Below are positions 55,184 through 64,000 of a stretch of DNA of 64,000 nt, in pieces (the stretch's first letter is position 1; every line of letters begins with the position of its first letter). The notes under the pieces are model-generated. The model saw only the letters and a list, made by a program, of their open reading frames with translations. It searched no databases and was not told the origin of the DNA. A program made the position numbers and the translations under genes. Where the stretch lies: IMG/VR virus record IMGVR_UViG_2574179762_000001, positions 43,762 to 107,761 of that record. One strand, 5' to 3'. This stretch comes from a virus. Lineage: Duplodnaviria; Caudoviricetes.

Positions 55184-55740
55184 AAAGGACCTGGAAGGCA
55201 TGGACCGAGGCGGATGACGCGCTGCTGCGCCAGCACTGGCAGACAGACGCCCCTGTCAAGGACATTGCACGCGAGTTCCCCGGCCGCTCGCCAGCAGCGG
55301 TCCAGAAGCACGCCATCGATATCGGGCTGCCGGCGCGCGGGAATGTGCGGCGACCGAAGTACTACCCCGTCTGGGAGGGAATCAAGCTTGAGTTGGCGAA
55401 GGGCCGCATGCTCAGCGCCGACGAACTCGCTAGGCGTCTGAAGGTCACGCCGCGCGCGGTACTTAAGAACCTGACCCTCAGGCACGGCACCGCGGTCCGC
55501 GTAGCTGGCTATGGCCCCGTGGTGACACGCGCGCCGGCGCCCCGGCTCTGGAGGCTCGGTAGCGGCCCGGATGCGCCGCCTCCCACCCGCAAAAGCAAGC
55601 GCGAGGTCAACCGCGACTACAACCGACGCATGCGAAAGGACCCGGAATTCTGCCTTCGAGATGAGCAAACCCGACGTCTGCGCTATGCGGAAAAGACCGG
55701 CAAGCTGATCCGCCGTGACCCCGCTGCGGCCTGGTTCTGA
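55180..55740 (+). CDS. HTH DNA-binding phage protein
   Basis: Homolog of 12998-13699. Confidence 0.75.
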   Translation: MKRTWKAWTEADDALLRQHWQTDAPVKDIAREFPGRSPAAVQKHAIDIGLPARGNVRRPKYYPVWEGIKLELAKGRMLSADELARRLKVTPRAVLKNLTLRHGTAVRVAGYGPVVTRAPAPRLWRLGSGPDAPPPTRKSKREVNRDYNRRMRKDPEFCLRDEQTRRLRYAEKTGKLIRRDPAAAWF

Positions 55741-55770
55741 CAACCCCAACAATGAAGGAAGCAAGCCAGC

Positions 55771-57549
55771 ATGATTCGCGACCAGTTCCTGCTCGACATT
55801 GCACCTGAGCTCATCATCGACAACTTCGCCGGCGGCGGTGGTGCCAGCTGCGGCATTGAGTTGGCCCTCGGCCGCCACGTCGACATCGCGGTCAACCACG
55901 ACCCTGAGGCCGTGGCGATGCACGCCATGAACCACCCCCAAACCGAGCACCACTGCGAAAGCGTGTGGGATGTGGACCCGCTCGACCTGGTGAAGGGGCG
56001 GCCGGTCGGCCTCGCCTGGTTCAGCCCGGACTGCAAGCATTTCAGCAAGGCCAAAGGCGGCAAGCCGCGCGACAAGAAGATCCGGGGCCTCGCCTGGGTG
56101 GCAATGCGCTGGGCGGCGCTGGTACGGCCGCGCGTCATCATCCTAGAGAACGTGGAAGAGTTCCAGACGTGGGGCCCGGTGCTGGCCGACGGGAACCCGT
56201 GCCCGAAGCGCAAGGGCGACACCTTCCGCTCTTTCGTGCGCCAGCTGCATGAGAAGGGCTACGCCGTCGAATGGCGCGAACTGCGCGCCTGCGACTATGG
56301 CGCGCCGACAATCAGGAAACGCCTGTTCTTGATCGCCCGTTGCGATGGCAAACCCATCGTCTGGCCGGAGCCGACGCACGGTGCACCGGACAGCGCCGCG
56401 GTGAAGGCGAGGCAGCGCAAGCCGTGGCGCACGGCCGCCGAGTGCATCGACTGGTCGATCCCTTGCCCGTCGATCTTCGAGCGCGCCCGCCCGCTGGCTG
56501 AGGCCACGGAGCGCCGGATCGCGCGCGGCCTGCGCCGGTATGTCATCGGTGCCGCCGATCCGTATGTTGTGAAGCTGCCTGCCAGCGCCGCGGCGCCGAT
56601 CTTGACCGAGTGCGCCAACGCGTCCGGCCAGCGCAGCTTCCGCGCCGACGAGCCGCTGCGCACGCAGTGCGCCGAGGTCAAGGGCGGGCACTTCGCGCTG
56701 GCGTCCGCGACTCTGGTGCAGACCGGCTATGGCGAACGTCCCGGCCAAGCGCCGCGCGCGCCGGGGCTGGACAAGCCGCTGGGCACGGCCGTCGCCGGCG
56801 GCGTTAAGCATGCGCTGGTTTCAGCCTTCCTCGCCAAGCACTACGGCGGCAACGAGACGCCCGGCGCAGACCTACGCGACCCGACCAGCACCATCACCGC
56901 CAAGGATCATCACGCTCTGGTGACGGCCCAGCTCGTGGGCTGCGGAGGCCGCGCCGGCCAGAGCAGGCCGCGCGACGCGGGCGAGCCGATGCAGACGATC
57001 ACTGCCAAGGGTGACACCGCCATCGCCACGTCGCACTTGGTGAAGCTGCGCGGCGAGTGCACCGGCAGCTCGACCGACGCGCCGGCAACGACTGTGACCG
57101 CCGGTGGTACGCACATCGGCGAGGTTCGCGCCTTCCTGGTGAAGTACTACAGCGAGGGCGGCCAGGATCAGGACTGCCGCGACCCGATGCACACCATCCC
57201 GACCAAGGACCGACTCGGCCTGGTGACCGTGGCAGGCGAGCAGTACCAGATCGCCGACATCGGCATGCGCATGCTGGTCCCGCCTGAGCTGTACCGGGCC
57301 CAAGGCTTCCCCAGCACATACATCTTTGCCCCAACCATCGACCCAGCCGATCCGCTGCTGGCGTTCGTACGCGAAGCCCTGATGCGCATCGGGAAGATGA
57401 AGGCTTACCGCCTGCCGCAGCACGCTCAGGTCCGTATGTGTGGCAACAGTGTCAGCCCGCCGATGGCTGCCGCACTGGTTCGTGCCAACGTGCCTGAGAT
57501 GGCCAGCTGGACGGCGAAGGAATCGAAGGCGATCAAGGAGGCAGCGTGA
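55771..57549 (+). CDS. dcm: DNA (cytosine-5) methyltransferase
   Basis: FAGGGG (I), SPDC (IV), ENV (VI), R.R (VIII), GNSV (X); repeated P..TIT/H..LV TRD units. Confidence 0.93.
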   Translation: MIRDQFLLDIAPELIIDNFAGGGGASCGIELALGRHVDIAVNHDPEAVAMHAMNHPQTEHHCESVWDVDPLDLVKGRPVGLAWFSPDCKHFSKAKGGKPRDKKIRGLAWVAMRWAALVRPRVIILENVEEFQTWGPVLADGNPCPKRKGDTFRSFVRQLHEKGYAVEWRELRACDYGAPTIRKRLFLIARCDGKPIVWPEPTHGAPDSAAVKARQRKPWRTAAECIDWSIPCPSIFERARPLAEATERRIARGLRRYVIGAADPYVVKLPASAAAPILTECANASGQRSFRADEPLRTQCAEVKGGHFALASATLVQTGYGERPGQAPRAPGLDKPLGTAVAGGVKHALVSAFLAKHYGGNETPGADLRDPTSTITAKDHHALVTAQLVGCGGRAGQSRPRDAGEPMQTITAKGDTAIATSHLVKLRGECTGSSTDAPATTVTAGGTHIGEVRAFLVKYYSEGGQDQDCRDPMHTIPTKDRLGLVTVAGEQYQIADIGMRMLVPPELYRAQGFPSTYIFAPTIDPADPLLAFVREALMRIGKMKAYRLPQHAQVRMCGNSVSPPMAAALVRANVPEMASWTAKESKAIKEAA

Positions 57550-58574
57550 GCGAGAACAGCAAGATCGAGTGGACTGACCACACCTTCAACCCGTGGGAGG
57601 GGTGCCAGAAGGTCGGCCCCGGCTGCGACCACTGCTACGCGGAGACGCGCAATGCGCGCTTCGGTGGAGGCGTGGCCGTGAACTGGGGCCCGGGCGCGCC
57701 GCGCCGGCGCACCTCGCCGGCCAACTGGCGCAAGCCGCTGGCGTGGAACGCGAACCATGACGCCTTCTTCGGCGAGCACGGCCGGCGGCAGCGCGTCTTC
57801 TGCGCCAGCCTGGCTGACGTGTTCGACAACGCCGTCGATCCGGCGTGGCGTGCCGACCTATTCCATCTCATCGAGCAAACGCCGAATCTGGACTGGCTGC
57901 TGCTGACCAAGCGGATCGGGAATGCCGATCGCATGATCAGGGAGGCGCGCATTTCCCTAGTCGGCTCGACTCGGCTGGTTGTGCCGGAGGTGCTTCCAAA
58001 TGTCTGGCTGGGCGCGACGATCGTCAATCAGGCTGAGGCCGACCGCGACATCCCGAAGCTGCTGGCTGTGCCGGCACACGTTCGGTTCCTATCGATGGAG
58101 CCGCTGCTGGGGCCGGTAGACCTGGGCGTGATCGACATCGATGGGCATTCGGAAATCTACCCACTCAAGGGCACCGCCGGCTGCGAGGACGTCGAAGGCA
58201 ATGCAGCCCCTGATTTGCCTGCAATCGACTGGGTGATTGTCGGCGGCGAAAGCGGACCCGGCGCGCGGCCTATGAGCCCAGACTGGGCGCGTTCCCTGCG
58301 CGACCAGTGCCGGCGGGCCGGCGTGCCGTTTTTGCTCAAGCAGTGGGGCGAGTTTGTCCCCTACGAGCACGATGCCCAGCCGCCCTTCCTGACTTCGCAG
58401 CATGGCGACTTCTTCGATGGACATGGACTGCCGGACTTCGAAAGCGGCGAGAGCTGCGGTGACTGGCACCGAGACGAAACCTGCAGGCTGCTCGCGCGTC
58501 GCGTTGGCAAGAAGGCCGCCGGCCGCCTGCTCGACGGCGTGCAGCACGACGGATTCCCGGGAGAAGCAGCATGA
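57546..58574 (+). CDS. DUF5131 (Gp37/Gp68) three-Cys protein, translationally coupled to dcm
   Basis: [51 protein letters not shown]. Confidence 0.92.
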   Translation: MSENSKIEWTDHTFNPWEGCQKVGPGCDHCYAETRNARFGGGVAVNWGPGAPRRRTSPANWRKPLAWNANHDAFFGEHGRRQRVFCASLADVFDNAVDPAWRADLFHLIEQTPNLDWLLLTKRIGNADRMIREARISLVGSTRLVVPEVLPNVWLGATIVNQAEADRDIPKLLAVPAHVRFLSMEPLLGPVDLGVIDIDGHSEIYPLKGTAGCEDVEGNAAPDLPAIDWVIVGGESGPGARPMSPDWARSLRDQCRRAGVPFLLKQWGEFVPYEHDAQPPFLTSQHGDFFDGHGLPDFESGESCGDWHRDETCRLLARRVGKKAAGRLLDGVQHDGFPGEAA

Positions 58575-58876
58575 AACTCTTCACCGTAGAAGTGAGCGTG
58601 ACCGCCGTTGTGATCGCGGACAGCGAAAAGGAAGCGCGTTCGGTGGCCAGCTATGAGCTTCGTGACATCGTCAGCGACGCCGAGCCGGAAATCGATGTGC
58701 TCGGCGAAATCAAGGGCCTGAACCGCTTGCCGTCCAAATGGGATCCGATGTGCTTGCCGTACGGCGGCGACGGCGAGACGCGCCTGAAAGACCTGCTGCC
58801 CGAGACCGAGCCGGTGCGCGACACCCGCACCATCGATATGTTCGAGCAGGTAGCTACGGCTGGGGAGGCAGCTTGA
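58571..58876 (+). CDS. Hypothetical protein
   Basis: ATGA overlap; RDTRTIDMFE. Confidence 0.65.
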   Translation: MKLFTVEVSVTAVVIADSEKEARSVASYELRDIVSDAEPEIDVLGEIKGLNRLPSKWDPMCLPYGGDGETRLKDLLPETEPVRDTRTIDMFEQVATAGEAA

Positions 58877-58902
58877 GAGCTTCACCTACTCATTCCAAAG
58901 GC

Positions 58903-59427
58903 CTACTTGATCGCGGCCAGTTGGGCCGAGATTCGTTTCTTGATGTCTTCGCAACCATCGCACATTTCACGGAGCCCAGTGAAAAAGGCATCGTGCTGAG
59001 CTGCATCCATGCTGCTGTAGAGACGAATAGCAGCTTCGACGTTCTCTCGGAATTGGCGCACGGTGCCGCTCAACATGAGGACCAACCTGACGAGTTCGGG
59101 TGTATTCAGCTCATGAAGCGGGATAGCCGTGACAGCTTTCTCAATCTCACCCAGCCCATGCTGATCGAAGTGCTTATCGCCAACGCCAATCAGGTAGAGG
59201 GCTTCCCTGTCCTTGATCTCGCTGGCCGCGTGCCCAAGCCTTTGCTGAGCTGCTGTGGCAATTTCCAAGACTGCGCCGGCCAATGTCTTCCGAGCATGCA
59301 GGCGATCCGACCGCTGAAGTCGCGTTCCTGTGCGGCCCGCCCACCAGATAGCAGCAACCGACGCGACGGCTTGCGCCCATCCCGCGAGGGCTTGGTGGGA
59401 CTCAATCCACTGAAGGATGCATGCCAT
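58903..59427 (-). CDS. Antisense moron: N-terminal TM plus helical domain
   Basis: LAGWAQAVASVAAIWWAG TM; lower GC. Confidence 0.65.
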   Translation of the reverse strand: MACILQWIESHQALAGWAQAVASVAAIWWAGRTGTRLQRSDRLHARKTLAGAVLEIATAAQQRLGHAASEIKDREALYLIGVGDKHFDQHGLGEIEKAVTAIPLHELNTPELVRLVLMLSGTVRQFRENVEAAIRLYSSMDAAQHDAFFTGLREMCDGCEDIKKRISAQLAAIK

Positions 59428-60136
59428 GCGTGAACTCCCGATCTTGTTTTCTGGCGCGATGGTACGCGCCATCCTCGACGGCCGGAAGACCCAGACGCGG
59501 CGCGTGGTGAAGCCGAAGCGCGGCTGGCCAATCGACTTCGTCGGTGGCGGCCCTGTGGGCGGCCCGGACTGGAACGACCCTGCCTGTTGGGGATTCGAGG
59601 ACTTGAACACCGCTATCTGGTGGCTCCTCAAGTCCGATGGCGATGGATCAGAGCAGATCCCATGCCCCCACGGACAGCCGGGCGACCGCCTGTGGGTCCG
59701 CGAGACGTTTTTCGCCTTCGGACGCTGGGAAACGCGATTCAGCGAGAAGAAGGGCCGCGACGAATGGCATTTCGTCGACATGACGCTGAATATGGATCGG
59801 ATCTACCAGTACGCCGACCCGACGCCCGACAACGCGCGCCATCGCTCCAGCGTCACGCCGGCATGGTGGAAACGGCCAGCGATCCATATGCCCCGCGCAG
59901 CATCGCGGATTCTGTTGGATGTCGGTGGTGTGCGCGGCGAGCGGCTGAACGACTGTAGCGACGCCGATGCGATCGCCGAGGGCTGCGCCGGCGGCCACGG
60001 TTCGATCCCAGCCTACCCATACAGCGCCACGCCGCACGAGCACTACCGCTGGCTATGGGACAGCATCAACGGCGCCGGCGCATGGGATGCCAACCCGTGG
60101 GTCTGGGTGGTCGAATTCAAGCGGGTGGAAGCATGA
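59426..60136 (+). CDS. ASCH-like phage protein
   Basis: PILFSGAMVRAILDGRKTQTRR, GDRLWVRET, P.IHMPR.ASRI, W.ANPWVWVVEF. Confidence 0.85.
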   Translation: MRELPILFSGAMVRAILDGRKTQTRRVVKPKRGWPIDFVGGGPVGGPDWNDPACWGFEDLNTAIWWLLKSDGDGSEQIPCPHGQPGDRLWVRETFFAFGRWETRFSEKKGRDEWHFVDMTLNMDRIYQYADPTPDNARHRSSVTPAWWKRPAIHMPRAASRILLDVGGVRGERLNDCSDADAIAEGCAGGHGSIPAYPYSATPHEHYRWLWDSINGAGAWDANPWVWVVEFKRVEA

Positions 60137-60405
60137 CGCGCCCCGCCCTCGCCCGCACTGCCGCCATCCTCGGCGGCAACGCAGACTTCCGACGCTTCCT
60201 GGCCGATTGCTACCCGGAGGCCTGGGCGCAGTTCGGCGCGCTGCGCGACACCGAGCGCGCTGCCGCCGTGGTCCGAGCCGTGTGCGGCATCGATTCACGC
60301 AGCGAGCTGGACCGCAACCCCTACGCCGCTCAACGCTTCCACACCAAGCTCGGCTTCCCCTTCAATGACTGGCGGCCGCGGCAGCCAGATCCGGAGCGCT
60401 CATGA
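60133..60405 (+). CDS. Hypothetical protein
   Basis: F.RFL...VR.VCGIDSRSELD. Confidence 0.7.
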   Translation: MTRPALARTAAILGGNADFRRFLADCYPEAWAQFGALRDTERAAAVVRAVCGIDSRSELDRNPYAAQRFHTKLGFPFNDWRPRQPDPERS

Positions 60406-60857
60406 TCGAATCCATCATCAAACCCAAGCGCCCGACCGGCCCAGGCTGGATTCGCGAGACGGGAGCGGAAATCGAAGCTATCATGCGCGCCGCTGCGATG
60501 GGCTTCGCCTGCGAGGCTTGGCTGCACCCTGAATCTGGCATTGCGACGTTCAGTGCAGTCGAGGTGGCGCACGACCCCGGTCAGCCTGACCTCGGCCCCG
60601 AATACCACCTGAGCATCAGCAAGAACGATGGCCGCGGCGGGACGCGACGCACGACCAGCGCCGAGGCGCTCTGGTGCCTGGCGCAATTCGACCTGATCGA
60701 CGCCAAGGAAGACAACCACGTGCCTCACGGCCTGGTGCGCAACTTCTGGCGGGCGGTGGCCGATAACCTGTCTGGCTATGAATGCCCCTGCGCCGACGGC
60801 GAGCCGGCCATTCGGGAGGACAAGGGCGATTATGTCTGGCGCGGGGTGACGAAATGA
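60402..60857 (+). CDS. Hypothetical protein
   Basis: EYHLSIS...EDNHVP.G.VRNFW. Confidence 0.7.
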   Translation: MIESIIKPKRPTGPGWIRETGAEIEAIMRAAAMGFACEAWLHPESGIATFSAVEVAHDPGQPDLGPEYHLSISKNDGRGGTRRTTSAEALWCLAQFDLIDAKEDNHVPHGLVRNFWRAVADNLSGYECPCADGEPAIREDKGDYVWRGVTK

Positions 60858-61102
60858 ACGGCCTCGGCGTCGGCACCTATCTCACGATGGCCGAGCTCGC
60901 AGAGTTGGTCGGCTGCCAGCCGACCAGCCACAGCTGCATGAAGCGCTGGCTCAAGAAGCACGGCTGGCCCTTCGCAGTGAATATAGCCGGGGTGCCTCAG
61001 GTGAGCCGCGCATACTACGCGGCCCGCATGACCGGGGCCGCCAACCAGAGCGCCAACGATGGCGCCGAAGACGAACCAAACTTTGAAGCACTGCTCGCAT
61101 GA
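60854..61102 (+). CDS. DUF4224-type excisionase
   Basis: YLT.AELAELVG...RWL...GWPF.....G.P.V.R...EPNF.AL; overlaps int. Confidence 0.8.
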   Translation: MNGLGVGTYLTMAELAELVGCQPTSHSCMKRWLKKHGWPFAVNIAGVPQVSRAYYAARMTGAANQSANDGAEDEPNFEALLA

Positions 61103-62196
61103 TTTCCCGCCGCAAGACTCCTGATGGCCTGCCGTTTCGCTTGTACCGGCGTGAGGGGAAATTCAAGGTCAGCTATGGGTACAAGTTGCCGAACGGAACG
61201 TGGGCATTCCGCCTGACCGCTCAGCGCAACAACCCCGATGCTGTTGCCGAGATCGACCAGGAAGCGCGCCGGCGCGCCGATGAACTGAACGGCAACTTCG
61301 TGCTGGCGGGAACCACCGAAGCCCTGATCAACGAGTACTTCAAATGGCAAACCCGTCTGCCCGCTGACAGCGAAATGCGAAAGGCGGACATCACGCTGAC
61401 CGAAAATCGCGTTGAGGCCAAAAACCTGATCAAGGTGTTCGGCAAGGTCAAGCCTGCGTCGATCAAGCCCCACCACATCTACCGGTATCTGGATCGGCGA
61501 GCCGAGCTCGGTGCTCCGGCCAAGGCCAACAAAGAGATCGCCCTGCTGTCTGCTGTGCTCGAGTACGGGCGCCGCTTGGGTGAGCTGCAGATCAACCCCT
61601 GCCGCGGCATCAAGTACAACCCGACTCGGCCACGGCAAAAGTATGTCCAGCCTCATGAGATCGCTCTCGCGCTAGAGATTGGCCGGGCCCGCGGCGGCAG
61701 CTACCTGGTACTCGCGCTCTGCGTGCACGTGGCCTACCTGACTGTCAGCCGACCGGAAGAGATGCGCACCCTCGTTAGGCAGTCCTCGACCGAAGAGGGT
61801 CTCGTGGTTCCCGTTGGCAAGCGAAAGGGCGGCCAGATCCAGCGCACGAAGCTCGTTCGCTGGTCGCCTGCCCTGCGGAGCGCCGTGAACGAGGCTCTGG
61901 CCCTGCAGCGAACGGCGAGCGTCTATGTGTTCGGCAATACGTCGGGACAGGTGTACAGCCGCAGCGGCTGGAACACGATCTGGAAACGGCTGATGGGCTA
62001 CTGCCAGGCAGCTGCCACTGAGCGCGAAATTGAGTTCAGCCCGTTCACTCTGGCCGACATGCGCCCCAGCGCCGTGACTGACCGGATGGAGGAAGGCGAC
62101 GACCGCATCACGGACGCCACCGGCCACGCCGACGGCAAGATGGTGGCCAAGGTTTATGACAGGCGCAGGGTCCGGAAGGTGCGGCCAACCGCTTAG
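61099..62196 (+). CDS. int: Tyrosine integrase (prophage 2)
   Basis: VSRPEEM, DMRPSAVT, TGH...KVYDRR. Confidence 0.9.
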   Translation: MISRRKTPDGLPFRLYRREGKFKVSYGYKLPNGTWAFRLTAQRNNPDAVAEIDQEARRRADELNGNFVLAGTTEALINEYFKWQTRLPADSEMRKADITLTENRVEAKNLIKVFGKVKPASIKPHHIYRYLDRRAELGAPAKANKEIALLSAVLEYGRRLGELQINPCRGIKYNPTRPRQKYVQPHEIALALEIGRARGGSYLVLALCVHVAYLTVSRPEEMRTLVRQSSTEEGLVVPVGKRKGGQIQRTKLVRWSPALRSAVNEALALQRTASVYVFGNTSGQVYSRSGWNTIWKRLMGYCQAAATEREIEFSPFTLADMRPSAVTDRMEEGDDRITDATGHADGKMVAKVYDRRRVRKVRPTA

Positions 62197-62801
62197 GCTT
62201 TAGCGCCAGGCGCTAGTTGACGGCCTCGTTTCACGCGAGCCGGCAGTTCGAAAAGTAGCTCTGCCAGCGCCTCAGCAAACCGGAGGATCCGCGCTGCCTC
62301 TTCCTCCGTTGCGTCAGGGGCGTCCTCGTCCGCGTGACGTTCATCGTTTGCTTCTAGCCGTACCTCGTGCGCCCATGCTTTCATGTCCTCAGTGATGACA
62401 TGGTCTTCAGCAGCCTTGTTGATGCGTACATAAAGGCTGCCTTCCTTGTAGTCACGCGCCTTCAGCATGTGATCGATTGCACGCGCCGAGCCAACGATGC
62501 TCAGTGAGGGCGTGCCCAAAGCCAATCTAGCCTCCCGCAACGCATTCCGGGCCTTGGCCGGGATGTCCTCAGAGTAGGTCGTCGCAGCCGGCCATGCCTG
62601 CAACCCCGAATTCGCAGGATTGGAGCGCACCATCACCCCAGCGCGGCAGCGCGCGCACTGAAAGACCCGCCAGTATTCCTTTGGGACCCCGCCTCCCGCC
62701 GTGGCTCCGATGAATGGATTTCCCACCAGGACCAAGTTGGGGGCAGAAATTCCGCAGTGTGGGCACCTTTCGGTTTCCAGATTGTTCCCAGAAAACTTCA
62801 T
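62193..62801 (-). CDS. Zn-ribbon plus DUF4145 (HEPN-like) protein
   Basis: CPHC...CARC; LYVRI...AHEVRLEANDERH. Confidence 0.8.
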   Translation of the reverse strand: MKFSGNNLETERCPHCGISAPNLVLVGNPFIGATAGGGVPKEYWRVFQCARCRAGVMVRSNPANSGLQAWPAATTYSEDIPAKARNALREARLALGTPSLSIVGSARAIDHMLKARDYKEGSLYVRINKAAEDHVITEDMKAWAHEVRLEANDERHADEDAPDATEEEAARILRFAEALAELLFELPARVKRGRQLAPGAKA

Positions 62802-62843
62802 CTCCCCCTCCCTCGACCGACCGCTCGCTATGCGGTTGAAATG

Positions 62844-62872
62844 AAAAAGCCCACCTCAACGGGTGGGCTTTT
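62844..62872. terminator. Bidirectional intrinsic terminator downstream of tRNA-His (phage-supplied)
   Basis: AAAAAGCCCACC-TCAACG-GGTGGGCTTTT. Confidence 0.8.
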
Positions 62873-62959
62873 CAAGAATCAAGTTCCAAAATTTGGAAGA
62901 TCATCTTCCAAAAATCTTCCTAAGTCAGTGACCCTTAACCTTGGAACCTAATAAATACT

Positions 62960-63036
62960 TGGGGTGGCTGATGGGACTCGAACCCACGACGACAGGAATC
63001 ACAATCCTGGACTCTACCAACTGAGCTACAGCCACC
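62960..63036 (-). tRNA. tRNA-His (GUG)
   Basis: GGTGGCTGTAGCTCAGTTGGTAGAGTCCAGGATTGTGATTCCTGTCGTCGTGGGTTCGAGTCCCATCAGCCACCCCA; has G-1 and CCA. Confidence 0.97.
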
Positions 63037-63134
63037 GTAGAGGTCATCAGCGAAGCGCTGATCGACGAAAAACAAGATTATACAAACAGTTTTGCGAGAT
63101 GGCTAGTATCCCGCACAATTTTTTTTGAGAGGGG

Positions 63135-63416
63135 TCACGCCCGGGGTGGGACCCACTTTGCCTCGAGCAGCACGGCTTCCTTGATTGCGGCGATGGTGTC
63201 GACTTCGGTGTCGAACTGACCGAGCAGACGGCGCGACTTGCCGTTCAATACCGCTTCCTGGAGCGCCTTGCCGGCTGCGTCAGACGTGCCGTGCTGCCAG
63301 CAGTAGCGTGCCGTCCATTTGCCATCCTGCAGCCGCTCGGCAACCCATACCACTCGGAAGTCCTCGAAGACTTCGCCGAACGGCTCTTCCTTTTCCACTT
63401 CCGATTTTTCCACGCT
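63135..63416 (-). CDS. Host hypothetical protein (start uncertain)
   Basis: Only the C-terminal part of ORF 63135-63893 looks protein-like. Confidence 0.45.
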   Translation of the reverse strand, partial: SVEKSEVEKEEPFGEVFEDFRVVWVAERLQDGKWTARYCWQHGTSDAAGKALQEAVLNGKSRRLLGQFDTEVDTIAAIKEAVLLEAKWVPPRA

Positions 63417-63838
63417 TGCCGCCTTCCCGGACCGTCCGTGCTGTCGCGCAGCCGCCAGCGGGTAGTTCACTGGCGCCCCGACCTCGGCATCGGTCCGCGT
63501 ACCTGAATTCGCTTCGCCTGTGGCGATGCGAAAGATCGTATCACGCTCATCAACCTGGCAGGCGGGCCGCTCAGCGAGTCGACGCGCGGCACCCTTGCGG
63601 CATATCAGCAATCGCGGGACTAGTGCGCGGCCCCCTCCTCGGCAGGGTTCTTGGCGGACATGCTCGAAGCGATACTTTCGCCTGAGGGACATTGACCCCC
63701 CTCGACTTCCCGTCAGGCGGCCCGCTCCCCAGCGGGCTGCCTGCCTCTTTTCCCTCCTCGCTCCTTCCGCGCCGGCAATGCGTCGAGTCGGAACCTCGGG
63801 GCGGCGCCACGGCCCAACCATCGTTAGTACAAGAAGGA

Positions 63839-64000
63839 ATGGGAATGCGAAAGCTGTTCTGGCGGATGTCGGGAATCGTGGCGATGATGGCACTGGCGGC
63901 CGCGCTGGGCGGTTGCGCCGGCGGCGGCGTGGCGGACGGGCGGGAATCCGGCATTACGACATACGGCACGCTGGATGTCGGCGTGAGCCATACGCGCTAG
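63839..64000 (+). CDS. Small lipoprotein
   Basis: LGGC lipobox; ITTYGTLDVGV. Confidence 0.65.
   Translation: MGMRKLFWRMSGIVAMMALAAALGGCAGGGVADGRESGITTYGTLDVGVSHTR

Larger units (their letters stand above)
16343..63008. mobile_element. Prophage 2, ~46.6 kb, apparently complete lambdoid siphovirus in tRNA-His
   Basis: Flanked by 50-bp direct repeats; head, tail, lysis, replication, immunity and xis/int modules all present. Confidence 0.95.

Noticed and set aside
55771-57549. Restriction-modification system
   Set aside because: No cognate endonuclease recognised; appears to be an orphan phage methyltransferase

Overview
This GC-rich window looks betaproteobacterial (Cupriavidus/Ralstonia-like, by inference). 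It holds two different lambdoid prophages integrated in tandem at tRNA-His (intact gene at 62960-63036, minus strand). A 50-bp copy of the tRNA 3' part at 16343-16392 marks the junction between them. Prophage 1 (<1-16392) shows only its replication, immunity, recombination and integration half, and it looks decayed: it has a frameshifted DUF1376 replication gene and remnants of Dcm and PAPS-reductase genes. It still carries intact accessory cargo: a PH/SHOCT + TM2 pair, a TcmP-like methyltransferase-fold gene paired with a DUF5131 three-Cys gene with a LexA box between them, and a RipA/8xMP-like membrane protein. Prophage 2 (about 46.6 kb, 16343-63008) looks like a complete siphovirus. Its core includes a lambda-type terminase and portal, a ClpP-capsid fusion, an unusual Ig/beta-propeller tail tip and a SAR-endolysin/Rz-Rz1 lysis cassette. 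It also has Mor/C-type late control, a repressor with no S24 domain, a LexA-boxed cluster with a small DNA ligase, a PAP2/IPC-synthase-like moron and a cupin-Dcm-DUF5131-ASCH gene run. The best candidate for an undescribed system is the SOS-wired TcmP-DUF5131 module, echoed by a second DUF5131 coupled to Dcm in the neighbouring prophage. All family assignments come from motif recognition by eye; no database search was run.
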